From positions 1 to 64,000 of the forward strand of contig JBKBOT010000007.1 of NCBI GenBank assembly GCA_046293555.1: a stretch of 64,000 bases of DNA. Reading direction: 5' to 3'. The notes beneath the pieces are model-generated. The model was given only the letters and a program-made list of their open reading frames with translations, was not told the origin of the DNA and did no database searches. Shown here piece by piece: positions 20,158 to 29,739 of the stretch. The DNA comes from Pyrobaculum sp. Its GTDB lineage: Archaea > Thermoproteota > Thermoprotei > Thermoproteales > Thermoproteaceae. The position numbers were made by a program, and so were the translations under genes. How positions within the stretch are numbered: the stretch's first letter is position 1; each line of letters starts with the position of its first letter.

Positions 20158-21675
20158 GTGGCCTCAATTACAAGATGGCTATTGAGAGGTATTGAAAACA
20201 CGGACTTAGACCCACTCCGCTTTAAATACACCGCGAGGCTCTTCAACCTGCTCAGTATCGCCGTAGTGGGAGTAGGCGCGTTTTTAACGCTAACTGGCGC
20301 GTTCCCCCTAGGCCCCCTGGTGTTAGGCATAGGCGCCTTCCTTTTCTTCTTCCCAAAGTTCACAATTTCTCTCAGGGCTGGCTCCATAAGAGAGCTGTTA
20401 AAAACGGAGATGGTGTTTTTCACGGCGCTCATCCAGATGGCCTTCGCCACTAAGGCGCATCTAAACCTCGTGGTGGAACGCATGACGCGGTACAAGGAGC
20501 TGCCCGGCGTGAGGACTCTCGCCATTGCCGCATGGAATAACGCCAGGATGTTAGGAATGGAGCCTTTTGACGCCATAAAAAGTGCCGTGGAGAAGCTAGC
20601 CCCCCAGAAGTTGAGATATCGTTTTAACTCGCTTTACACAGCCCTTAGGATTGGAGAAGATGTAGTAGCCAAGCTCTCCCTCTATATGGATATGGACATC
20701 GTGGAGTTCTCCTCCGCCATGCAGAGACGTCTAGATAGGCTTACCTCCCTGATATCATCTCTGGTGGTGGGCCTGGCCATGTTGTCTGTCACCGCGGTGG
20801 TCATAGGCAGGGGGAATCCGGCAATGCTTATACTAATGGGGGGCCTCATGCCGGCAGTGTTGGGAGTAGTCATGTCGCTTGTTATTAACGTCCCCTTGAT
20901 GAAAATGGAGTTTAAAATCCTCCCGCTGGCTTTCGGCGTGGCGGCAGCCATTGCGCTAATTACAGCCGGCTTTACCCCCATGGCTACTTACGCGCCTCTT
21001 TTAGCTCTCGGCGTGGCTTTAGCCGGCTGGGTTATTACACGCGAAAGGACAGACGCCAAGGCTTTTGAAAGAGGGTTCTCAGATTTTATCTATACGGTAT
21101 TCGACGAGTTAAAAAGAGCGCCCTCTGTATACAGAGCTGTGGAAAACGCCATCACTTTTGGCAACTACGGCCCCTTTAACAAAACCGCAGCTGCGGTGTT
21201 ACAAGCCATGAAGATTGGCGACAGCAGGCTTGAAGATGTGTCTTTAAAAGGCCTGCAGCCTGTGATGTCTGTGGTGTTGAGAATGTTGTTCGATATCTAC
21301 CGGCTGGGCACACTGCCTCGCGCCACTGTGGACCAGCTACAGAACTTTATAGTCAAGCTGTTTGAATTTAGGGCAGAGATCGGCAGAACTTTAAATATCA
21401 CCCGTTTTCTCGCACTAGCTGGCGCCGCCATGGTGGCCTTTGTGAACACCTCGATGATTAGACTTACCGAGGCCTTATCTAAGATCTCAGGCGGCGCCCA
21501 GCTAGGCGGCGTTGGGATGGGCATGCTCTACCTGGCGCTTGGCATTATGTCTATTGGTTACTACCTCCTCTTCGCGAAAATTAGCTTTTCCACCAGAGGG
21601 GGGCTATTATATCTAGGCCTGCTGTATTTAGCCATATTCTTCGCGTCTCTAGCCTCAGGCCTCATGTTGGTATAA
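20158..21675 (+). CDS. TadC/GspF-like membrane platform protein
   Basis: Two cytoplasmic domains alternating with TM clusters; directly upstream of a secretion ATPase. Confidence 0.75.
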   Translation: MASITRWLLRGIENTDLDPLRFKYTARLFNLLSIAVVGVGAFLTLTGAFPLGPLVLGIGAFLFFFPKFTISLRAGSIRELLKTEMVFFTALIQMAFATKAHLNLVVERMTRYKELPGVRTLAIAAWNNARMLGMEPFDAIKSAVEKLAPQKLRYRFNSLYTALRIGEDVVAKLSLYMDMDIVEFSSAMQRRLDRLTSLISSLVVGLAMLSVTAVVIGRGNPAMLILMGGLMPAVLGVVMSLVINVPLMKMEFKILPLAFGVAAAIALITAGFTPMATYAPLLALGVALAGWVITRERTDAKAFERGFSDFIYTVFDELKRAPSVYRAVENAITFGNYGPFNKTAAAVLQAMKIGDSRLEDVSLKGLQPVMSVVLRMLFDIYRLGTLPRATVDQLQNFIVKLFEFRAEIGRTLNITRFLALAGAAMVAFVNTSMIRLTEALSKISGGAQLGGVGMGMLYLALGIMSIGYYLLFAKISFSTRGGLLYLGLLYLAIFFASLASGLMLV

Positions 21676-21677
21676 CC

Positions 21678-23162
21678 ATGCTGGACTTTAGGATAGACTC
21701 CTGTAAAGGCGCAGTGGTGGAGGAATACATGTCGGAAGGGGCACGTATACAGGTCTTCCAGTCGGAAGACGGCTACTGTTATAACGTCTCCTACGCCTTT
21801 CCCTATTCTGAAAAAATTGGGGAATATGCCTACAAGGTTGTAGAATACCTTACGGCACATCAGATAATAAGGCCTAACGTGACTAGAGAGGAGCTAGGCA
21901 AACTCATCGAGATGGCTATGGCAGACGTGGGGGTGCCTAAACAACTACGTGCGGCCGTAAGGTATTACGTCCAGCTTGAAGCCGCCGACTATTCATACCT
22001 CACCCCAATTCTATACGACGTGAGGCTTGAAAACATAAACATAAATGGAACTAATAACCCCATTTATGTAGACCATAGGGAATATGGCTACAACGTAAAG
22101 ACAAATGTCATACCTACAAACAAGGAGACTTTAGTCAAGATCGTGGGGAGGGTTTATGCCGAGACTGGACGCCCTCTTAACGAACAGTATCCAATACAAG
22201 ATACATACATGCGGCTGAGAAACGGCGCCTTGTTACGTTTTGCCACAGCTATGTCCGGCAGAGTGGGGAGAAACCCGCCCTATGTCTCTGTACGCGTCCA
22301 GCCGCCTTATCCCATCTCGCCGACAGAGCTCATCAAGCGGCGCACAATCTCCCCACTCGCCATGGCCTACCTGTGGTACCTTTTTGAACACCACAAGTCT
22401 GTGGTAGTTGTTGGCGGCACGGGCACTGGGAAGACCACTCTGTTGAACGCATTGCTTGTACTTCTGCCACATAAGAGGCTCGCCATAGCCGAGGAGACGC
22501 CGGAGATAAGAATGCCCCCTAGTTACCAAAATGTGGTCATGTTGTACACATCGCCGATGTATGACTACATGAAGAACCTGCCTGGGTCTGAATCCGCCAT
22601 ATACCTAATAGACTTAGTGAAATATCTCCTCCGCGCCAGGCCTGACATCATAATAATCGGCGAGAGCCGCGGCCGGGAGATCCACGAGCTTATACAAGGC
22701 GTGTTGACAGGCCATGGAGGCGGCACTACCTTCCACGCAGAGGACATCATAGAGGTCTTAATGCGCCTCACCGGCGAGGCTATGGGGGTTGCGGCAGAAC
22801 ATCTCTCCGCATTTCACGTCTTGGCGACAATTAAGAAGTTCGACCTCGGGAGGCGCGTGACGAGAATCACCGAGTTGGTGTGGCTAAGGGCTTACCCGTA
22901 TCCAGCTGTGTCAAAAATAAAGATTAAAGAAGAGGAATTTGCCTTTATTGACGTGGGCGGATATAACCCCAAGACGGACTCTGTCGAGATAGACTTAAGG
23001 AAGTCATATTGGCTACAGAGACTCGGGGGATATGAGGAGATAATAGAGAGGGCTAAGTTCCTCAGCTCTCTCGTAGATAAAGGGGTATTAGACTCAGAAA
23101 AAGTGGGCGAGGCCGTGAGAGAGTACTACCGCCAAAAACATGCTATTTTACGGAAGGCCTGA
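21678..23162 (+). CDS. VirB11/TadA/FlaI-family secretion ATPase
   Basis: LENINING, GGTGTGKTT, EETPE, RARPDIIIIGESRG, TGH, TFHA. Confidence 0.93.
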   Translation: MLDFRIDSCKGAVVEEYMSEGARIQVFQSEDGYCYNVSYAFPYSEKIGEYAYKVVEYLTAHQIIRPNVTREELGKLIEMAMADVGVPKQLRAAVRYYVQLEAADYSYLTPILYDVRLENININGTNNPIYVDHREYGYNVKTNVIPTNKETLVKIVGRVYAETGRPLNEQYPIQDTYMRLRNGALLRFATAMSGRVGRNPPYVSVRVQPPYPISPTELIKRRTISPLAMAYLWYLFEHHKSVVVVGGTGTGKTTLLNALLVLLPHKRLAIAEETPEIRMPPSYQNVVMLYTSPMYDYMKNLPGSESAIYLIDLVKYLLRARPDIIIIGESRGREIHELIQGVLTGHGGGTTFHAEDIIEVLMRLTGEAMGVAAEHLSAFHVLATIKKFDLGRRVTRITELVWLRAYPYPAVSKIKIKEEEFAFIDVGGYNPKTDSVEIDLRKSYWLQRLGGYEEIIERAKFLSSLVDKGVLDSEKVGEAVREYYRQKHAILRKA

Positions 23163-23352
23163 AGAGCTTATAAACGCTGTATTACGTGAGATAGAGCTAT
23201 TAAACTCTCTGCTAAATAGAGACAAGAGGCTAGACGCATTTATAAAACGTAAAGTCGAGTTACTAAACCTCTGCTTACAGCAACTAAAAAGACTTGCGCC
23301 GGGGGAATACCAACTGGTGGCTCTAGAGAGCTGCGAAATTGTGCCACTATGA
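23140..23352 (+). CDS. Small helical hypothetical protein
   Basis: Overlaps both neighbours, as in an operon. Confidence 0.65.
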   Translation: MLFYGRPEELINAVLREIELLNSLLNRDKRLDAFIKRKVELLNLCLQQLKRLAPGEYQLVALESCEIVPL

Positions 23353-23888
23353 TTGACTTAATAATCGCCGGGGTTTTAGCCATAGTGGCCGGCCTCGGGG
23401 GGGTTTTCATCAAAGACCTAAAGGCGTTATTAATCTTCACCGCGCTTATAGCCGCCGCTGCGTTTTTAATCTCCCTGTTGATAAACATGCCTGTAGTAAC
23501 CTTAGGGCTTGCCGGCTTACTTACCGCAGTTGTAAAAATCTCTATGAAGATATCGCCCAGAGGTGAGTCAAAGCCGTTACCTCCTGAAGTCTCGCGGAGT
23601 AGGGCCAGGGTCTATAGGTCCCGGAGGAGGCTAAGGGCATTGGAGGAACTCACGAGAAGGTTACCTCAAGACATTGTGGATATAATCCCGGCGGGCTCAA
23701 GGAGGGTCATACACCCCAAGTTGGTCCAACTGGTCTCTTTAGCTAACGAGGCTTACGCCAAAGGCTACGTGGTGGAAGAACCCCAGTGGTTTAGAGAGGT
23801 GAGGCAATATCTGGCGTTTATAGGCCCCAACTCCTCTCCAGATAAGACAAAAGTTGTGTCTAGATACGAGATTGTGGATCTAGAGTGA
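23349..23888 (+). CDS. Membrane protein with N-terminal TM helices and a basic C-terminal domain
   Basis: Hydrophobic first ~60 aa; 4-nt overlaps with both neighbours. Confidence 0.7.
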   Translation: MIDLIIAGVLAIVAGLGGVFIKDLKALLIFTALIAAAAFLISLLINMPVVTLGLAGLLTAVVKISMKISPRGESKPLPPEVSRSRARVYRSRRRLRALEELTRRLPQDIVDIIPAGSRRVIHPKLVQLVSLANEAYAKGYVVEEPQWFREVRQYLAFIGPNSSPDKTKVVSRYEIVDLE

Positions 23889-25363
23889 CAGTGTTTGAAA
23901 TTGTGGCAAAAGACCTCGCGGGGAGGGTGGGGAAGCTCTATACGAAAAGCGGCGTTGTGGAGACGCCAGCCCTGTTTCCCGTAATAGATGTTAGAAAACA
24001 GGAGGTCCCCACAGAGGTTATTGAGAAATATTTCGGCCAAGTTATCACAAATGCCTATTTTGTATACAGACTGGCGAGGAGAGCCGTAGACCTAAAGGCT
24101 TTGTTGAAATGGAGGGGGGTAGTGATGACAGACTCTGGGGCGTATCAGATCTTGAGATACGGCACTGTGGACATAGACCCAGACGAGATCTTACTATACC
24201 AGTCAAAAATTGGGAGCGATATAGGCGTGATTCTCGACCTGCCTTTTGACTACCAGGAGTCTTACCACAGCGCCGTGTTGAAAGTAGAGGAGACCTTAAG
24301 GAGGGCCAAGAGGGCAGCCGCCCTGATAGACCAGCTAAACATGTTGACAGTAGCCCCAATCCAGGGGGCGTTATATACTGACCTCCTCCTTAGGTCTATA
24401 GAAGAGCTTTCTCAATACCCCTTCCACATATACGCCATCGGGAGCCCCACCACCCTTCTAGAGGAGTATCGCCTAGATCTAGTCCTCGAGATTGTGGCTA
24501 TGGTCAAATCTGCCCTAAGGAGAGAGGCCCCCATCCATCTCTTCGGCGCGGGCCACCCCCTTGTCCTCCCATTCGCCGTCGCCCTGGGCGTGGATCTTTT
24601 CGACAGCGCCTCCTATATACTCTACGCGAGAGATGGACGTATTATGTTGAGAGACCGCACTATCCATCTAGACGACGTGAAGATAGATTACCTCCCCTGT
24701 AGCACAAAACTTTGTCAAATCCCCACAAAAGAGCTAAGAGAGATGCCCAGAGAGGAGCGGGTAATCTATATCGCGGAGCACAACCTAGCCACATTGAGAG
24801 AAGAGATACTGGAGATAAAACAGAGGGTTCATGAAGGCACGTTGTGGGAATACCTAGAGATAAAGGCTAGGGCCCATCCAACTCTCTACAGATTTCTAAA
24901 AAGCCTCTATAGATATAGAGATATGTTAGAAAGCCTAGACCCCGAGACCCACCCCGAACCCCACGGGCTGGTGTTCTATCACGACACGGCCCCCTCAAGA
25001 CCCGAGCCGTATAGACATCAGAACAGGTTGACACACATAAACACCACCAGAAAGGCCATAGTTATCAAGGTGGACACAAAGCCATATAACAGAAGTTGGG
25101 AGTACAACTACGTGAAGTCCATAGTGGGGGACCAAGTCCACATATTGTTTTACGACCCGGCTTTCGGCATAGTGCCGGAAGAGCTCGCCGAGGTCTACCC
25201 GCTTTCTCAAAACGAGACAGAAGGCGAGTCAGAAGAGGCGAGGGCATATGCCTATCAGTGGCTTGAGCGTTACGACGAGGTGTATCTCTACGGGGTAGAC
25301 CTATGGGTGTTAGGCAAGTCGAAAAGATTGAACTCCCTAGAGGAGGCTAGATATATAGCCTAG
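23885..25363 (+). CDS. tgtA: Archaeosine tRNA-guanine(15) transglycosylase
   Basis: KDLAGRVG, MTDSGAYQ, IHLFGAGHP, DLFDSASY. Confidence 0.95.
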   Translation: MTVFEIVAKDLAGRVGKLYTKSGVVETPALFPVIDVRKQEVPTEVIEKYFGQVITNAYFVYRLARRAVDLKALLKWRGVVMTDSGAYQILRYGTVDIDPDEILLYQSKIGSDIGVILDLPFDYQESYHSAVLKVEETLRRAKRAAALIDQLNMLTVAPIQGALYTDLLLRSIEELSQYPFHIYAIGSPTTLLEEYRLDLVLEIVAMVKSALRREAPIHLFGAGHPLVLPFAVALGVDLFDSASYILYARDGRIMLRDRTIHLDDVKIDYLPCSTKLCQIPTKELREMPREERVIYIAEHNLATLREEILEIKQRVHEGTLWEYLEIKARAHPTLYRFLKSLYRYRDMLESLDPETHPEPHGLVFYHDTAPSRPEPYRHQNRLTHINTTRKAIVIKVDTKPYNRSWEYNYVKSIVGDQVHILFYDPAFGIVPEELAEVYPLSQNETEGESEEARAYAYQWLERYDEVYLYGVDLWVLGKSKRLNSLEEARYIA

Positions 25364-26060
25364 ATTCCTCCCGCCTCTGTTGTTCTGCCAGACGCGCCCG
25401 GGCCTCTTCAAGCTCTCTTTCAAGCTCCTCGGCGATTTGTCTCAACTGGCCTACATCTAGGGCGAAGTTAAAAAGCTTCGAGAAGAAGTCCACTGCGATA
25501 CTGGCCGCGTAGGGGTCTGCAGGTCGGCTCATATCTGCATAGGGCAGGATGACTAAAGCTGGGAAGTCAAGCTCCTCAAAGAAGGAGAGTAGTAACGCCA
25601 GGGGTCCCACAATCTGGAGGCCAGACTCCAGCGTCTTGGCGCCCCCTGTGGGCAGCCCGGTGCGTCTATAGGCAGAGGTGTAGGCCACCCGCAGTAAGTC
25701 CTCCCCCCTTCTCAACCTGCCGTCTAGGCCGCCGAACAGCACGGCGGCCTTAAAGCCATTGGCTACAACCCAAGAGGCTAGAGCCTTTGTGTAATCATAC
25801 ACCGCGGCCTCATGTATGCCGTAGTTATTCACCACCCCCACCACCTTGCCGCAAGAAAAGATCTCGTTTTGTAACAAAAGTCTGTCGCCCTCTATAGACA
25901 CAATAGGCGGCTCACCCCTGTATCTCACTACTCCCACCACCTCGCAGTTTCTAGATATGTACTTGGTGGCGATGTGGCCCACTATCCCTATCCCCGCAAA
26001 GCCTGTAACAAAAAGCTCGAAATTTTCCACATATTTAAATATCCTGAATTCTACCTTCAT
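25347..26060 (-). CDS. PAC2-family proteasome assembly chaperone
   Basis: GFAGIGIVGHIA, FGGLD, IVGPLALLL, DPYAA. Confidence 0.88.
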   Translation of the reverse strand: MKVEFRIFKYVENFELFVTGFAGIGIVGHIATKYISRNCEVVGVVRYRGEPPIVSIEGDRLLLQNEIFSCGKVVGVVNNYGIHEAAVYDYTKALASWVVANGFKAAVLFGGLDGRLRRGEDLLRVAYTSAYRRTGLPTGGAKTLESGLQIVGPLALLLSFFEELDFPALVILPYADMSRPADPYAASIAVDFFSKLFNFALDVGQLRQIAEELERELEEARARLAEQQRREESRLYI

Positions 26061-26569
26061 AACTTTTCTAACTTTTCATATATTTTTGTCAACTTTCTTA
26101 TCTCGTCTATATTTTCAAGATATTCAAGCGTGGTTCCACATACGGGGCAAATGCCCCCCTTATTTACCGCGTCATCTAGGCTATACCTCATGAAGCAGTG
26201 GGGACATATGTAGTAAGCCCCCTCGGCGAGGCTTCTAATCAGTAGAGAGATTTTTTCTTTTACAACTTTTGTCTTGGCTTTAATGGCCTGCCATACTACC
26301 TCATCGTCGACATGCCAGGTGTATTCAATACGGTAGTCTTCTGTAGTCCTCTTCTTGACGCCCACCAGGTTGTGTTTCATTAGGTACTGGAGTATCCTCC
26401 TAGTCTCCGCGGTAGAGATATTTAACAGGATGGCCACCCTGTCGTCAGTAAGGTCTTCTCTCCTCTCGTAAAGCATCTCCACGATCTTTCTGGCAAGTCT
26501 GCCATATTCGGCACTGTCGAACTCCCACGCCACGCTCTTCTCTACGACATATAGATAAGCCTCTCTCAC
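26057..26569 (-). CDS. tfe: Transcription factor E alpha
   Basis: LTDDRVA...ETRRILQYL winged helix plus CPHC...CPVCG zinc ribbon. Confidence 0.92.
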   Translation of the reverse strand: MREAYLYVVEKSVAWEFDSAEYGRLARKIVEMLYERREDLTDDRVAILLNISTAETRRILQYLMKHNLVGVKKRTTEDYRIEYTWHVDDEVVWQAIKAKTKVVKEKISLLIRSLAEGAYYICPHCFMRYSLDDAVNKGGICPVCGTTLEYLENIDEIRKLTKIYEKLEKL

Positions 26570-26590
26570 CTCTCCCCATTCTACACGCCT

Positions 26591-27763
26591 TTAAAAATAT
26601 TTATTAGTCCGAAGGTCCCACTGGGCTGGCGCTGGCACAAAAACCACCTCGCCAACACGTAGCCCTCTGGCCTTTGGGTCGTAAACCTTATATATCTTAT
26701 AGCCAGGAGTTTTGAAAAACAACATGACTTTTAACGCATCTAGGCCGAACCCAGTCAAGGCGGAAGTGGGTATAAACCACCTGAAGTACCGCCCTATAGT
26801 CTCCCTAATTGTTTTTACATGTCTTAACTCTATTTTGTCCACCTTGTTTACCACCGGGATTATTCTATCCCTATGTATCCCCACCTCGCCCAACGTCTCT
26901 AGAGATGTCCCCACTTTTCTCGAGACCTCCTCCGGGGGGTCAGAGCCGTCTACCACCAGAAGTACTATGTCGGAATCTACAATCTCCTGAAGTGTGGAGT
27001 TAAACGACTCTATCAACAGTGGGGGTAGGTCGTCTATAAAGCCTATGGTGTCTGTTAAGACTATCTTAACCCCCCAGAGGTCTAACAGACGGCTGTAAGT
27101 CTCAAGCGTGGCGAAAGGCCTCCCGTCTATAAACTTGTTTTCCTTCACCAGCCTGTTGAAAAGCGTGGTCTTACCGGCGCTGGTGTAGCCTGTTATAACC
27201 GCTTCCGGCAGGCCGACTTCCCTCCGCCTACTGATGTGGGCAATTCTCCCTCTACGTACCTCTTCCAGTTTTTTCTTTATTGTGGAAATCCTTCTAACCA
27301 TGTGGCGGTAGTAAGAGTCTATTGCATACTCGCCGGCGCCTAAAAAGCCCAGCTGTTCGCCCATCTTAGCCCTTCTTAAATACTCCTTGACTTTTGGAAG
27401 GTCGTACCGCAGTCTGGCTAGCTCAATCTGTAGCTTAGACTCTATACTGCCGGCTCTCTTCTGGAAGATTTCAAGTATTACCTGTATCCGGTCCATAACC
27501 CTCTTTTTAAACAAATTTTCTAGATTATACTGCTGTAGAGGGGTAAGGCTGTGGTACGCAATAAATACATCAAATTCGTGCCTAGAGACCTCCCTGGCCT
27601 TGCCGAGACCGAGATAAAACCTTGTGTCTGACTTCCCAAATTGTGTCACCACTCCAGCTGGCTCAAAGCCGGCCACTTGAGCCAACGAGATGAATTCCTC
27701 CAGCTTGTAGCCTAGGTTGGGAGCCTTGGGGCCTACGTAGGCTAGAAGCGCTTTACTCCTCAC
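26591..27763 (-). CDS. hflX: GTPase HflX
   Basis: KLQIELARLRY, GYTSAGKTT, FATL, DTIGFI, NKVD. Confidence 0.95.
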   Translation of the reverse strand: MRSKALLAYVGPKAPNLGYKLEEFISLAQVAGFEPAGVVTQFGKSDTRFYLGLGKAREVSRHEFDVFIAYHSLTPLQQYNLENLFKKRVMDRIQVILEIFQKRAGSIESKLQIELARLRYDLPKVKEYLRRAKMGEQLGFLGAGEYAIDSYYRHMVRRISTIKKKLEEVRRGRIAHISRRREVGLPEAVITGYTSAGKTTLFNRLVKENKFIDGRPFATLETYSRLLDLWGVKIVLTDTIGFIDDLPPLLIESFNSTLQEIVDSDIVLLVVDGSDPPEEVSRKVGTSLETLGEVGIHRDRIIPVVNKVDKIELRHVKTIRETIGRYFRWFIPTSALTGFGLDALKVMLFFKTPGYKIYKVYDPKARGLRVGEVVFVPAPAQWDLRTNKYF

Positions 27764-28214
27764 CTTCGTCTCTAACTTCTGCCACTTCTCCCAAGGTGAG
27801 CTCTTTGCCGCGTCCGCCTCCCCCCTTCACCTCGCCGTAGTCAGAAGTCTCCACTAAAAGCTTTACGCCAAGTGTTTTCTCCATCTTTCTCGCCAGCGCG
27901 AGGTCTGGCTGCAGTTGGCCAGACTCAATTCTCTTCAACACTGTCTCCTTAACGCCCAATATTGCCGCCAAGGTCTCGCGGGAGAGGCCCAGGTTTTCTC
28001 TAGCCTTTTTTATAGCTATGTGGAAGTCCTCCACTAGCTCGAGCTCCCGCCTGGGGGGCTTGGGGGCGGGCCTGGGGCGCGTCCTCTGTGGTGTTGAGGC
28101 CACCCTCTTGCCGTAACTTGCCGCACAGTTACGGCAGGCGTATAAGACGGCTTTGTCTACCTCTATTGGAATAGGTTCGCCGTCAATAAGGCGGCCACAT
28201 ATTTCACAATACAC
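27753..28214 (-). CDS. mbf1: Archaeal multiprotein bridging factor aMBF1
   Basis: CEICG...CRNC zinc ribbon plus HTH and TLGE motif. Confidence 0.92.
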   Translation of the reverse strand: MYCEICGRLIDGEPIPIEVDKAVLYACRNCAASYGKRVASTPQRTRPRPAPKPPRRELELVEDFHIAIKKARENLGLSRETLAAILGVKETVLKRIESGQLQPDLALARKMEKTLGVKLLVETSDYGEVKGGGGRGKELTLGEVAEVRDEGEE

Positions 28215-28245
28215 GTCTTAACAGTTTTTTTAGGTAATATATTTT

Positions 28246-28689
28246 GTGTCAGACACAGTGTTAAACCTGTTGGCATATCTCTACGGACGGGAGACCATAG
28301 AGAAGATGGGGGGAGAGGTCAAGGTGGGGTACAACAAGGCTGGGCGCGTTAAATATGTATACATAGGTGGAAAGCTGGCATTTGTCTTGAGGAATAACGA
28401 CGGCTACCTGTTGCCCACCACATATGGCGCCATGTTTTTACCAAAAAAAGTTGTGATTTCTCAAGAAGCTGTGAAATATGTAAAAGAGGGACGTAACGTG
28501 CCGGCTAAATATATAATCGACATAACGCCCCACGTGAGGCCATACGGAGAGGTGGCCGTATTTAGCCCCACTGGAGAGCTTGTGGCTGTGGGCAGACTTT
28601 TATATAGCGTAAGAGAGCTGAGCTTAGGGAGGGGCTACGCGGTGAGAACTAGGCTCGTAAGTAAGAAAACACCTCCTCGAGAGTCTTAA
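28246..28689 (+). CDS. Stand-alone PUA-domain protein (TgtA C-terminal-like)
   Basis: LRNNDG, GRNVPAK, GELVAVG, AVRTR. Confidence 0.85.
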   Translation: MSDTVLNLLAYLYGRETIEKMGGEVKVGYNKAGRVKYVYIGGKLAFVLRNNDGYLLPTTYGAMFLPKKVVISQEAVKYVKEGRNVPAKYIIDITPHVRPYGEVAVFSPTGELVAVGRLLYSVRELSLGRGYAVRTRLVSKKTPPRES

Positions 28690-28930
28690 ACTCTCCAATA
28701 AGCTCAGAGCCCCTGTAGATCTCCACTTTTTTTAACCCACACTGAGAGAGAACGTTCTGGGGGGCCACCCCAGGGAAGACTTTAGGCCAGGAGGCCGGCC
28801 TGCCCTCCTCGTCGAGAGCTTTAACCTCCCTGTCTATACCCACCTTACCCCTACATTTTGTAAAGTGTAGTACAAAACGTAGGCCGCGGCTTCGCGAAAG
28901 CTCTACTAGTTTTTCAAATGTTTTCAACAT
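28649..28930 (-). CDS. Hypothetical protein
   Basis: Overlaps the endonuclease-subunit stop; plausible composition. Confidence 0.65.
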   Translation of the reverse strand: MLKTFEKLVELSRSRGLRFVLHFTKCRGKVGIDREVKALDEEGRPASWPKVFPGVAPQNVLSQCGLKKVEIYRGSELIGEFKTLEEVFSYLRA

Positions 28931-29210
28931 GGTGTATATTATGTGGCAGTCTTATACGGCGTACGAAATAGTAAGTTACAGTCCCGTCACTACTAACTAA
29001 AGCTAGCACCATCTGCATAGATAACATCTCTGCCATGTTTATAAGGTTAAGCAAGGTGGAGGCCCCCACCTCTACCCCCTCAATCATTATGTATACTAGG
29101 TGTTTCCCCTTTTTCTCTACTACATACAGCCTCTCCCCAATTTTCTCCAGTATCTTAAACCCCCTGCTCTGCAGGTCTTTAAGCACCTGTTCAGACAAGA
29201 CGTCGGCCAT
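28914..29210 (-). CDS. tRNA splicing endonuclease structural (beta) subunit
   Basis: DLQSRGF...EGVEV...VLALVSSDGTVTYY loop-L10 motif; divergent from SmAP1; start moved to MADVLS. Confidence 0.85.
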   Translation of the reverse strand: MADVLSEQVLKDLQSRGFKILEKIGERLYVVEKKGKHLVYIMIEGVEVGASTLLNLINMAEMLSMQMVLALVSSDGTVTYYFVRRIRLPHNIHHVENI

Positions 29211-29258
29211 GGCGACGAACTTGAAGATAATTTTATATATGGCCATCTAATCTGGGCT

Positions 29259-29501
29259 ATGGCTACAGAGGTGTCGAAATGTTTCGCCACGTTAGGCGCC
29301 ACTCTACAGGATGCAATTGGAAAACAAGTCTTGGTAAAACTAAGAGATAGCCACGAGATAAGGGGAATTTTACGGTCTTTCGACCAACATGTCAACCTGC
29401 TTATCGACGAGGCTGAGGAGATCATAGAGGGGAAGATATATAAACGCGGCACTCTGGTGGTAAGGGGAGAAAACGTGTTGTTTATCTCGCCGGCGCCATG
29501 A
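29259..29501 (+). CDS. Sm-like archaeal protein SmAP1
   Basis: [18 protein letters not shown]; start moved to MATEVSK. Confidence 0.95.
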   Translation: MATEVSKCFATLGATLQDAIGKQVLVKLRDSHEIRGILRSFDQHVNLLIDEAEEIIEGKIYKRGTLVVRGENVLFISPAP

Positions 29502-29656
29502 AGGGAACGCCGTCAATGGGTAAACACGGCAGGGGGAAGACACATATCAGATGCCCTAGATGCGGCAGACATTCATACAACGTGGCTAAAAAATACTGCG
29601 CCTCTTGTGGCTGGGGTAGAAGCAGACGCCTCAGGAGATACAACTGGGCTAAGTAA
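29498..29656 (+). CDS. rpl37e: 50S ribosomal protein L37e (not in ORF track)
   Basis: [52 protein letters not shown]. Confidence 0.97.
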   Translation: MKGTPSMGKHGRGKTHIRCPRCGRHSYNVAKKYCASCGWGRSRRLRRYNWAK

Positions 29657-29711
29657 AGATGGAGAGGGCCTGCCATCACTGAGGGGTGACTGAAAAATCT
29701 GGGTTCTGACA
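29656..29711 (+). ncRNA. Box C/D guide sRNA candidate
   Basis: D' CTGA 29679, C' GTGACTG 29686, D CTGA 29706; degenerate C (AAGATGG) at the rpl37e stop. Confidence 0.55.
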
Positions 29712-29739
29712 ATATTTAAAGACATAACTACACGGCCCT

